From Cenococcum geophilum (taxonomy: Eukaryota), in NCBI GenBank assembly GCA_050273025.1, contig CP158635.1:25606001-25670000 (forward strand): a stretch of 64,000 nt of DNA, read 5' to 3'. Position 1 is the stretch's first letter, and each line of letters starts with the position of its first letter. This document shows positions 12,553-24,600 of the stretch, piece by piece. Below the pieces are notes generated by a model, which was not told where the DNA came from, searched no databases, and saw nothing but the letters and a program-made list of their open reading frames with translations. The position numbers and the translations under genes were made by a program.

Positions 12553-15500
12553 ATGGACACTGCCCTTCCTGTACCCAGGACCGATACTGCTGAGGAATCG
12601 AGTGGATCAGGAGGTAAGCATTCCTCCTAGACGGGTACTTTGCAGGACAATACCGATGCCTTAAATCATAGAAGACAAGGGAGCTAACGCATCACAGCGG
12701 AGGGACGTGTCCGGCGGAAATTCCAAAGGGCGACGAGTCAACATGAGAGTGGTCTGCGAAATCAGAGTGGCCCCATTTCTACGTCTACTACTCGAGTGCC
12801 TGTAGAATCAAAATCTAGCTTCGCAGTGAGACGCCGATCTGTAAGAGAACATAAAACGCCTTTAGGGCCCCGACCGCTTGATCATTCTTCTAAAAGGTAA
12901 ATAAATGCTATGTGGAAATCTGAGCACCTCCTTATATACCGACAAAGCATGAGAAAGCTAATAGACGGCAGGGTCATCAGTGATGCGAGCGCCCCTTCCA
13001 ACAACGCCTCATCCACCCGTTCCTTCCTCCCTACTTCCACCAGTGAGCCCTTTTTGAACAATTCTTTGAGAGGGACAAATCCCCGCTTCAGCTTTGGAAA
13101 ATCTTCTGATGGCTCCAAAGACCACACCGACATCAGTGGCTCCTATGACTTCCTCCCCTCGGTTAATTTTGACGATTTTCACGCCAGCATATCTTCATAC
13201 GAACCTGAACTGAGCGATTTTCCGGCCCCTGGAGGAGATGGAGGTATAATTACCAACACATCGGCGGGTAATAAGACCATTGGAACCATGGGGAATGGTG
13301 CAAAGAGCGAGAGCACCGACTCTCGGGTTACGAGAAGCACATCTCTTATACGTCGGTTGAGTAACGCAAGACGACCGACTGCTCAACCGTCCGTAGCTTC
13401 CACAGACTCGACATCAATGCCCCCACCAAGTGCTCCATTGTCGGTTAGGACCCGTCGTCAGAGTCAGTTCCCTGCTCCTGCGCCCACGAATCCGGCAGCC
13501 CGACCACCTCGGAAATCAGTTGGCCCTGGAGTCATTACTGCAAATATAGAGACACGAGATGGCCGTCACGATTCATCAAAAATGGCATCAGATAATAATC
13601 AAAGTAGCCTCGGCCGCACATCATCAATCGGAAATGCCAACCGTCGTGGAACTCTTTCTGCAAGCCTTGGTGCGGGCGCTGAAGTTCCGAGACTGTCAAG
13701 CACAGCCCGAAATGTCAAAGCAAAATCACTCCAACCCCCATCACGGCAAACGCCAGTGCATCTTACTACTCCATCAATGACTCCAGATCACGGCCGTGGC
13801 GTGTCCATAGGCCAGGCCCGTTCGCCAGGCAGATCACCTGGACAGAGGAATCCCACTCCCTCTTCCTCAGCAGGTAAAAGACAGTCAACTGCACATGCAC
13901 ATATGAGCGGCCTAGGTGCGCGAACTATCAGCCCAACTGATGCCCGAAGGCTGAAGCGTTTGTCTATGCAGCCAAATCCTCCAGGTGTCCCACAAACACC
14001 TCCAACACCTCAACCGGACCTCCTACCTGATAATAGATCCGTAAATCACTCACCCGCAATGGCTTTCAGAAAAAGCGTTACCCCGTCTTCAGCACGTGCT
14101 ACTCCTGATCATAATCGTAAATCATTTGGCTCAGTCCTTTCTCTGTCATCGAGTTCGAGCTTCAACTCTTTGCGCGCAGGGAATGGCCCCTTGCAGCCCC
14201 GAACAAGTCACATCCTCTCTACATCTCGCTTGCCAACTCCAAAACCAAGGAACGTTCATAGCTCTGCTGGTGGTGATGGAGGAGAGGTTCCACCTGTCCC
14301 TGCAATCCCGAAAGCCTACGAATCTCCGAAGGACCCTGAGAATAGCAACTTCGCGTCTTTAAGACCTCCATTGCCATCTGGAGATGAGAGTGTTAGTCCA
14401 GTTTTTACTGAGAACATCAACCAACGCGAGCCAGCCGCCCTTGAGGGAATTGGCTCTGAAAGTTCTTATGCAGATAACCGGACAACACGAGGAACCATCC
14501 GGCACCGTCGAGGCCTAACAGTAGGGTCTGGCTCGGATACCGATAAGACCCCTGTAATGCAAAATTCGAGTAAGAAGAATTTACGACCAATCCGACTTCC
14601 TCCGTTGAACCTTCTTCCACTTGGGACACCATTCAACTCGAAAATTGCATCGTTTCCGGTTCCATCTGCTGAGGTGGACCAACGTCATGCAACGCCCCCT
14701 CCAAAACGAGGCAACACTAAAACTCCTAGTACACCAATGACTGCGTCAAAAGCAACTTTCTTCTCGAAAAGTCACCATGGAGATGAGCAACGTACTTTCA
14801 ACACATCTCTTCGGAGCAGCAGTTCAGCCTACAATTTACGTTCTGATGGATCTACCCTTCTTCAGTCACATGGTTCCTCGACTATGCCAATACCAATTTC
14901 CACCGGCAACAGCCGGCAGATTACAACTCCTTTTGCATCTGCTTCATTGCCAAAAAATAGTGGCGATTTTAGTCACTTGCGATCAAGACCTAGCGGCGAA
15001 TACAAGCACGGTGATACGGACACAGAGATTCACAGTTCAAAGCTGACAGGACCCCGGGTGTTAACTAAAAAGGATAGCTCCTCGGCGCATACCTCGACTT
15101 CCACAGAACCAGAGACCCCTTCTTCTGGATCTTCACTAAGGCGAAAGCTTAGCCTAGGCGGGTGGAGGAGAAGCTCATCCAAAGCGTCTCATACATCGCA
15201 TGCATCACAATCTCACATCTCTGTACAGAAAGGTGATGATCAACCACCTCAACCGCCAAAGCACAATGATATGCCGCCCCCAAGGCTACCAGCATCTGCC
15301 ACATGGAATGGTTCTATTGGAACTAGTCCTAGTCCTTCTCATAGGCCTCGACCTTCGTTGGAGTTTAGACGGCGGAAGCCTTCTACCACTACTGTAATGA
15401 GTGACACTGAAACGGAAAGATCATATAGTCATAAGCATAGCGCCGGTACTAATACACAGGCGCCACCGGCTTACTCCGAACAAGCGACTATTGCACCTAG

Positions 15501-17304
15501 TTCGAAATCTAGTTCCTCAATTCTTACACCCATGCAACGGATGCTTGGTTCAAAACCCTCTCAAAGTGCCTTGAAAGCTCGCAATCTAGACCCTAATCTG
15601 GATCGAGATGATTTGGCTGCGGACGAAGAGATGAAGAAGCTAGCATCAAAACGAAAAGATTTTGAGGCCGCAGCTAAGGATGTTGATGACCTCCGCAAGA
15701 GAGCCAAGCCACAGGATCGTGTGTCCCCAGCTCTGGCTCTTCAAATGGTGAATCTCAATATCTTTGAACGCGGTGAGATCATTGACTATAAGGAAATATA
15801 TTTTTGTGGTACGAAAAGCGCCAAAAAACATATCGGCGATCTCAATGCACAGACAGCAAACTTCGGCTATGACGATGATCGAGGAGATTATAACATCGTT
15901 CTCGGTGATCACCTCGCATATCGATATGAAGTTGTGGATTTACTTGGCAAGGGAAGTTTTGGACAAGTTGTGAGATGTGTCGATCACAAAACAGGCCAAC
16001 TGGTTGCCATCAAGATAATTCGTAATAAGAAACGATTCCACCAGCAGGCCTTGGTGGAAGTGAATATTTTGCAGAAGCTGCGCGAGTGGGTGAGTTTATC
16101 CCTTGTTAAGAATGGCATATATCAAGTGGAATTAACAGAAGTCATGCAGGACCCTGAAAATAAGCATAGCATGATAAATTTCACACAAAGCTTCTACTTC
16201 CGGGGGCATCTTTGCATATCTACTGAGCTTCTTGGCATGAATCTCTACGAGTTTATTAAGGCTCATGAGTTCAAAGGATTCTCATTGAGGCTTATCCGCC
16301 GATTCTGCAAGCAGATGCTTAGCTCCTTGGTACTCTTGAAGAGCCATCGTGTCATTCACTGTGACCTGAAGCCTGAGAATATCCTTCTCGCTCATCCTCT
16401 TCACTCTGAAATCAAGGTCATCGATTTTGGTTCTAGCTGCTTCGAAAACGAAAAGGTCTACACGTATATCCAGTCCCGCTTTTACAGATCGCCGGAGGTA
16501 ATTCTCGGAATGAGCTATGGCATGCCAATCGACATGTGGAGCTTAGGGTGTATACTTGCTGAACTTCTCACCGGATACCCAATTTTCCCTGGCGAGAATG
16601 AACAAGAGCAGTTAGCCTGCATCATGGAGATATTCGGTCCACCGGAAAAGCACTTGATCGAGAAGAGCAGTCGGAAAAAGTTATTCTTTGACTCGCTTGG
16701 AAAGCCGCGTGTTACAGTCTCTTCCAAAGGTCGGCGGCGACGACCAAGCTCGAAGACCTTGCAGCAGGCTCTGAAATGTGATGATGAGGCTTTTCTGGAC
16801 TTTATCTCACGATGTCTTCGGTGGGACCCGGATCGAAGGATGAAGCCAGATGAAGCCGTGTTACACGAGTTCGTGACAGGAGCAAAGCGAACTGTGCGGC
16901 CACGACCGCAAACTAACGGCAGCTCTGCTCTTGCGTCGCCGGTGAAACGTTATAATATAGTCCAGACACCACAGCGTACTCGACCGTTACCGGAGCCTCC
17001 TGCGACTAGTTTTAAAAACGGAACTGCTGTTACTACGAGTCGAGACATTCCAAGCAGCTCCCCGGTCAAGGGCGCTCCGAGACGACACTCTACCGTTCAA
17101 GGCTTACAGCCTGGTGCTGGGGTAAAGCGGGCAGCAAACGGAGCCCCTTTGAGTGCTACGAGCAGTCTTCCTCGAGTTGCTCAGAGGAGTGTGTCTGGGA
17201 AACCCGATTTGGCTTCTGCAGCTGCAATTGCTAGTCTGGTAAGTCGGTACGGAATTCCTGCATTGAGGCCAGCAGCACTAACGTCACCGCAGAGGTCGCG
17301 GTGA
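12553..17304 (+). CDS. pom1: DYRK-family protein kinase, Pom1-like; introns ~12614-12697, ~12898-12947, 16090-16149, 17239-17292
   Basis: DH box YDDDRGDY, LGKGSFGQV, VAIKII, HCDLKPEN, DFGSSC and YTYIQSRFYRSPE. Long Ser/Pro-rich N-terminus. Confidence 0.92.
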
Positions 17305-18338
17305 TTTGGTTGGCTCATCAATGTGTCTGGCGTTATCGGCGGAGCTGTGCTCCTAGGACGAGAACGTAGCTATATGACATTTTTATTTAAAGACTTTTCC
17401 CAATCGTAATTTTAATCCTGCATATATCGGGGTGTTTTCATTGTCATCGTCAACAGTCACTCTTATACCCGCTTGCTGCTGGTTGCACGGCTTGCTCGGT
17501 GACTTGTACTTGCGTTCATCTGAGGGTGGGCTTGTGGCTTCGTTACTTTACGGTTAGATAAGAAGTGCAGCATGGATTGCAACTCTATAGTTGTAAGAGA
17601 CGTGCTATTGTGCTTCGATGGCGTCAATGTGTCATGTTTTTTGTGCCGATGTGGGAAAGAGCTGGTTTGCATTTTTTAAGCTGTCATATACCTGTTAGGC
17701 TTATATGAGAGCACGGAAAAGGACGTAGCAGGAGATGGAATCAACTCAAGTGACGACAATTGGGAACCTAGGGTATTCATTTTAAGCCGCCTTGGTGTGT
17801 GCAAAACGCGAAGGAGTGCCGTGTGGCTCTCGTTCTCAGTTGGCCTTTTCTTCTGGTCAGTTCCGCAACACCGGTTTTCTGCGTAGCTCGTGGTAGGTCC
17901 GCAGGAGGCTTTTCATGTAAAAAAAACATACAGATTCTATAGCTTTTGAACTACGTGCTTCAATTAGCTACAACACTTGATCTTCTGCCCGGGCTGCATG
18001 TTGGGTAACTCAAACCACCGGTTGTGGAAGGACACTGCATGTACAACTCCTTTGGGACACTTCACCCCAGCTTTGAATTGATTACTATCCTACGCGCTAC
18101 TAATATTTTGCAGAGGCTTTTGAGTGACTGCCAACAAAACCATCTGCGGCAATGCGTTACGAATTCGACTCGATTTACCGTAAATTGTTCAATCACGGCG
18201 TCACTGATAGACAAATATATGAAAAACAGTCTATTTGGTACAAAAATGCTAGACATCCTTTTATCTACACGCAACTCAACCCACGCCAATACTCTGCTCG
18301 ATTCGAGGAGCGTGTAAGTGAGTATGTACAGTCGAAAA

Positions 18339-18951
18339 CAGAGTTGGGAATAAGCAAGCGAGCCAAGCTGAGCAGGCTCAGCTTGCTGGCTTGCAATTTT
18401 TGACACCTTGAGCTTGCTTGCTTGGCTTGTTTGGCCAAAATCGTCGGCTTGCTTGGCTTGCTTGCCCGCTTGATTGATTTTTGTATAGAAGTCCTGGGGT
18501 TGTATACAAAATCAAGGCTATGGCCCACCCCAAAATCCCTCCTCTGCGGCCCGACCCGTAGTTATAACGCGCAGTTACGCAGGGGTGGTTATTATAAAGC
18601 TTGGTAAGGTAGTGAGGGAGGCTTTGAGAGGCTTCAAGAGCGTACCAAAGCTTAAAGACCTCGGCTCTCAAATTTTGTAGTGCCAAGGATATAATTGGGA
18701 AATCACGTGAAAAGAACCACAGAGAAGCTTCGAAGAGGCACGTGATGGAGATGCACGGGCAGTCGGCCCGGAAAAAATAACTAACCGGTGCTTATTTGCG
18801 GTATTTATATGCAAAATTATCGAACTAACTACCAAATTGTATATATATATTACCTATCAAGCGGGCAAGCTAGCTTGTAAGCTGAGCCTCATTTGGCTTG
18901 CTTGCTTGCTCAAAATAGGCCTTCCAGCTTGCTGGCTTATTCCCAACTCTG
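18339..18951. mobile_element. hAT-type MITE / non-autonomous element (613 bp)
   Basis: 17-bp terminal inverted repeat (TIR) CAGAGTTGGGAATAAGC / GCTTATTCCCAACTCTG. 8-bp TSD GTCGAAAA at 18331-18338 and 18952-18959. Subterminal GCTT/AAGC repeats. Confidence 0.92.
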
Positions 18952-19053
18952 GTCGAAAACAAGAAAATATGCAATATAATATCATCTCAACATAAGAAAG
19001 CCCTTGCCGCACTCGCTTACGAAGTTTGCCCAGCAGCTGCCTGTTGTGGGGGT

Positions 19054-19993
19054 CTAGTCGGCTTTAAGCTTGCCCAAGATGCCCCGGGCTATATGACGCA
19101 TGCCAAGGTTGTACTTGATGGCTCGCTTCTTGGCCGCTGCGCTCTGAGTGAAAGCTGGGGAGCCGCCGAAAGGACCTGCTAGAGCGCTGTTCTGGAGACG
19201 GACGATGCAGGCGTTGCTTGCGCCACCGACGGAGCCCGAGCGGGTCATGCCCGCTGGCATCTGGACTTTTACTGGGAATTCGGTGGTTGTAGCGTCAGAA
19301 AGGTCACCGACACCAATGCCTAGGATGTTTTGGGTGACTTGAGCGGTCTGGAAAGCAGCTGGATCAGTGCCTCTGGATGTGGGGTTGACTGCAGCTGTCA
19401 GGGAACTGGCTCCGTCTTGGTTTACTTGGCGGAAGGTCATAGTGATGGTTCCATCGTCGGCACAGGTGGGTAGGCCGAAGATGGCACCAATACCTGCTGT
19501 TTTGGCAACACCATCTTCAGTTGTGCCCTTTGGAGTCTTTGTTCCACCGGACGTGGCACCGCCAGCAGCGGCGCCTCCGCTAGTTTTACCACCAGCGTTA
19601 CCACCACTAAGGGCACTGAGAAAGACCTCGCTCCTTGTTAGCAGTAGCATTTCCGCTGCCGCCCATGAACGCTGTAATAGCCTTCGCGGCATCAACTGGT
19701 CCACCGCCGTTCGTTCGGCCAAGAGCGGTGACCTTGTTTGTGCCCAATTCTTTCGAGCGGATGATCGATGTGTCGGCTTCCGAGCCACAAGCTGGCGTAG
19801 CACAGTCTCGAGGTGTTCCATCCGCAACTACAGCAGGTGAGTGTTTAATCATTGTGAAGGATATACTAGCTGATGTCATACCAGAAAGATCTGGCATGGT
19901 CACGCCATTAGCACCTTGAATCCTGACGATGACACTGTGAGCAGATGCATAAGCAGCCAAAGCTGCGATCAGGAACGCTGAGGAATAATGCAT
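19054..19993 (-). pseudogene. Egh16-like (gEgh16 / Magnaporthe GAS1-type, DUF3129) secreted protein; +1 frameshift at ~19622
   Basis: Signal peptide, then HSVI..IQGANG, DGTPRDC...CGSEADTSIIR, LGRT, QVNQDGA, VQMPAGM and IVRLQNSALAGPFGG. Intron ~19828-19881. The N- and C-terminal halves are in different frames. Confidence 0.85.
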
Positions 19994-20024
19994 TTTGAAA
20001 TGGGCGTGTGATTCTGGACTGATT

Positions 20025-20878
20025 CAGTGCTCTTATCAATATTCAATATTCGTAAAAGGCCATATTGATATTGATATTGAAAAGATATTGAATATTGAAT
20101 ACAGTACAGCCTCAGCATAGCGCTCCATCTGAAAGCAGGCTCCGTACACCCCTGGGCTCTAGTAAAGCTTCAAAATAGCTACTCTCTTGCGACTGCTCTC
20201 TCACCATTATCACCTTCGTGATCCTTGGCGTGGTGTAGTAGATGTCGACTGCTCTCTAGATTTTGCCAAGGCCTCCGAAGCCTCTTGTACCACATTCGTC
20301 GCCATAAGCCCACATTGAACAGTACCATATTCGATTCTTGCCTTCGCGAATAGCTTTATAAGGGAGAGGATCACGAGAAAGCTGCCACGTAGAAGTAGCT
20401 AACCAGCGCCTTTTACGAGGCAACTTTGGGGTGGTTACATTTGGTGTAGAGTCGCTCGACAGAGTCAACACGTCGTCGTCGTCGCCACCAGAGTGGGTAA
20501 ATCAATCAGAATTAAGCTCTGAAATAGCAGAGGAGGATGTATCATCATCCCTAATTACGTCGGTAGATAAGGGAGGCATGGCGTTAATTAAAGGTAGAGT
20601 GTACAGGGGGTTGAGCTCTAGGGGGTGTAAAAATTGTGCGCAATGACTAGCAAGATTTAATTTAATATTTGGTAATTTTTGCTTTCTATGGGTTTACCTA
20701 ACAAATTTGAAACGAGCACGTAGTGTAAGGAGGCCCGAGAGTCATTTACCGATACATCTACCTTATTTTTACCACCTTAACTCTAAAAATATTCAATATT
20801 CAATATCTTTCAGTATTGAACATATCGTATTGATATTGAATATTCAGTAATCGATATTCGATATTGATAAGAGCACTG
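20025..20878 (-). mobile_element. Internally deleted hAT element (854 bp), no TSD retained
   Basis: 18-bp TIR CAGTGCTCTTATCAATAT / ATATTGATAAGAGCACTG with ATATTG subterminal repeats. Minus-strand remnant ...STWQLSRDP...RIWYC resembles a BED-finger N-terminus. Confidence 0.8.
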
Positions 20879-21606
20879 AGATAAAGGATTATATGCGTAT
20901 GCTAAGCTTAAATATACTCGTTATCTGGCGTAGGAGGATATATAAGGGAGGATAGTATTATTGCCTCTATATAGTAAGTTAGAGGCGTAAATAGCTTAAT
21001 AGATATAGGCTGTTTAGAGTAGCGCGTAAGGGCTTAATTTAGGTTAAAGGGAAAAAGGCCTATAGCCTTAAAGGCGCTTTTAATTAACTCTAAATTATAT
21101 ACTTATAGCTAAATCTTACCAAGTATATATAGAAAATAGTCTTTATTAATACTAGTAATACTATAGATAAATATAAGCGCTTAATAATTAAAAATATAAC
21201 TAAGTCTAATAGCTATAGAAGGTATGTTAAATATAAGGGGAAGAAGATTAGTATAATCTTTTTTAACTAACAGAACTTAACAAACTTAATATTAATGTGG
21301 CTACTATAGCCGTCTATAATTAGAAATTAATAGCCGTTATATTTTCTATTAATTCTATTTTTAACTGCCCTCTTTTATACCTTAGTTTATTAGGTATAGC
21401 GCTTAAAGTACTCTAGCTATCGCACGCTAAGCTCTTAATTTAACTATCTATTTTTACTTATTGTAATTATACACTTCCCTATAGCCTTATTAGCTTCCTA
21501 CTATAGCGAATCTATATATTAGCGTCCTTTAAAGATAATAAATAGTAGAATCGTCTGCCTATATATACTAATTATATTAATCTATAAGACCTACTCCCTA
21601 AAGCCG

Positions 21607-24600
21607 TGTCACGGAACCCCACCGCAGGGGCCTCCATAGGAGAGCCCCGTGCTCTCGCGTACACCTCGCGTACAGCTTATGTCAGCTACGCGTAGGTATA
21701 TCACCTCCTTACGCCCTCGACCCTTACGATCGATCGCGCAACGTCTTGTAGACTCCTCGAATACATACGTCTTGTAGCCACTGCCCCGTCCCGTGACATT
21801 ACGTTGCGCCTTTTTACCACTGACACCCAGCCTACGACCAATTCTATGTCTCTGCAATACTACAGGCGCTGCCAGAAGTAGCGTGCCTACGAGTTACCTT
21901 ACTTTATACTTTTAAGGAACCTATAATAGTAAGACGATATTCCTTACTAGCTACTATATTAAACCTAAAGAATAATCTAATACCTATACTTAACCTACGA
22001 CGCTAATTAATCCTAGGAGAATTTGATTTATTAGCCCTAGCCTTAACCCCTAAGGAGATGGACACCGATAATGTTTTATCTTTTATTAACTATATAACTA
22101 CGGACAAGCAAGCGGAAGGGCTACTACCTATTAAAATTAAAATACGAGACGCCGAGATGTTTATAAAAATAGTAGCATGAGAACCTAATAAATACTACCG
22201 CCTTCTATAGAACTACTACCTAAAGCTTATATAAGCTAAGATGCGTACTGCCTAAGATCGTAATATTATCTAAGACCTATAAGCTCGCGAGGCGCTTGCC
22301 GATAACACGCGTTAAGAAACCGAAGATGACCTCTGCGTGTCTAAACGCGACATCTAATAGTTAAAGAAGGCTAAGATTGCACTTATTGCTATAGTCACTA
22401 AAAGAGAAGGTATAATTAAATACCTATAATCTTAGCTTAATGAGTATATTCGTAACAACGCTAGACACCTCTCTACTATATATAATGCTACTTAAGTCTC
22501 TACGCCCCCGGCAACTTTACCTACTTAATACTTAATAGAGAGTTAGCGCCGAGCAGCCTTACCTAATAGGAACCCCTACTAAAGCGACGATGAAAGCTAT
22601 AATGACCGAACCTAAGCTGCTACTGTAGGGTCTAATACACGTTACCCTGATCCCCTAGTTTTCTAGGGAGACCGTAAAGAATACAGCTACTAAAAGATAC
22701 AAATCCGCGAGAAACTAACTTAGAGCGCCTGCCTTTTTCCTACGGAAGATACTAAGATTGGCTACATTATCGGGTGAATAAAGGGTACACTATTTAATAG
22801 ACTCTTCGCCCGATGGGAGACTAATAGCCCCTAGAAGTGGCAGTCCTACTAAGAAGTCCTTAACGATCTTGACCTAATGTACCGCGACTATAACCTACTG
22901 GCTACCAACTAAGCTAAACTACGTGCTCTAAAGATGAGCCCTACCAAATTATTTAATGAGTTTTATATTAAATTCTAGGAATATACCGGAGCCCTCGCCT
23001 AAGACGATACTAAAGACTAAAAAGATCTCCTTAAAAAAGTTACTTATCGCCTTAGTTACGCAGCCGCCAGCCACAACTATAATAATGTTTATGATATGGT
23101 AGCAGCTATACGGAAGATTAAACGATAACTAAATTAGATCGCTACTGCAAACCCTTGCCCAAAGACCTCCCTATAGAAGCCCTTTAGACCTACTAAACTA
23201 CTGACACCTACTACCCCAAGTAATACTACTGGTCCTAATATCGACCTTTTTATATTAACCTTTCCGTAAAAGCTACTAGATGGAGAACGCGAGCTACTCT
23301 AGAAGCTAAAGTGTTACTATAGATGTTGTTAAGAAGGCTATTATAGCTATAGCCTAAACTGCCTAATAGTTAGGTTTAGTAGCTGCCGCCTAATACCTAA
23401 CCTAGTACCTTGAACACTAAATACATTGCTATGTACTACTACTGTATAAGATAAAGACGCAGTAATAGTAGTAGAGTTGGATACGGAAACGGAAAACGCC
23501 AAGTCCTAGCCCTAAGTTGTAGGTTGGGACGCCTTAATGATAAGGGGATCTATATATCGGCCTGCTTAATAGATGACTTAGTAAAGATAAATAGACGGAA
23601 ATAGATAGTTTTACCCATAATAGGAACTACTGCCAAAAAATAATATAAAAGCCGTTCTATAATTAATTGCGAAGCTACTAATAAATTTATAGATACCTAA
23701 TTTGTACGTACTTATAACCTACCTACCTTACCCCTTACTAAAGCCCGCGCCCTATAACTTACTAACAGTAGTTATACCGCATAGAAGATTACCTATATAG
23801 CATAACTCCACCTAGATATAAATGGGCACCAGGAAGAACTCTAGGCCTATATTACACCACTTGCTAACTACCCTATTATCCTCAGAATAAACTAGCTCGA
23901 ATAATACAACCCCGCCATTAACTGGAAAAAGAGAGAAGCAACCTTTAACTCTAAATACTGTAGAGAGACCTGCCTAGGATATAGCCTAGCCGCCTCTATC
24001 TACTCCCTAGGATACCAACCTAAGGAACCCCTTATTACCCTACTTACGACTAACTACTACCACGTAAGTGCCGCGGCCTTCTACCGCATAGCACGTAGGA
24101 AAGGCTGGACCGTTACCGTAGCCTCCTAATTATAACTATATAAGCTTAATAAAGAACAGAACTACGTCCTCTACAGTAATAGGATAGACATAGTTGACCT
24201 CCTAGAAAATGATGCCCCTGTAGAACTCTACGGACTTTCACCTTTAGACTTTAAGAAGTTTATAAAGCTTAAAAAAGGACTTACCAACGAGGAACTCCGC
24301 AAGCTCCTCCCTAAGAGGTACCATGACTTTATTAACGTGTGCTTATAAAAGAGTGTAGATATACTCCCCCCACATCGACCTAATAACTATGCCATTAATA
24401 TTAAATAAGGAAAAACGCTACCCTATAAGAGACCCTACCTAATATTAAAAGACAAACTTCTAGTTGTTAAAAAGTATATTAACAAATACCTTGACAAAGG
24501 GTTTATTCGCCCTAGTATGTCCCTAGTAGCCGCCCCTATCCTCCTTACTAAGAAGCTAGGAGGAGGTATTTAATTCTGCGTTGACTATAGAGGACTTAAC

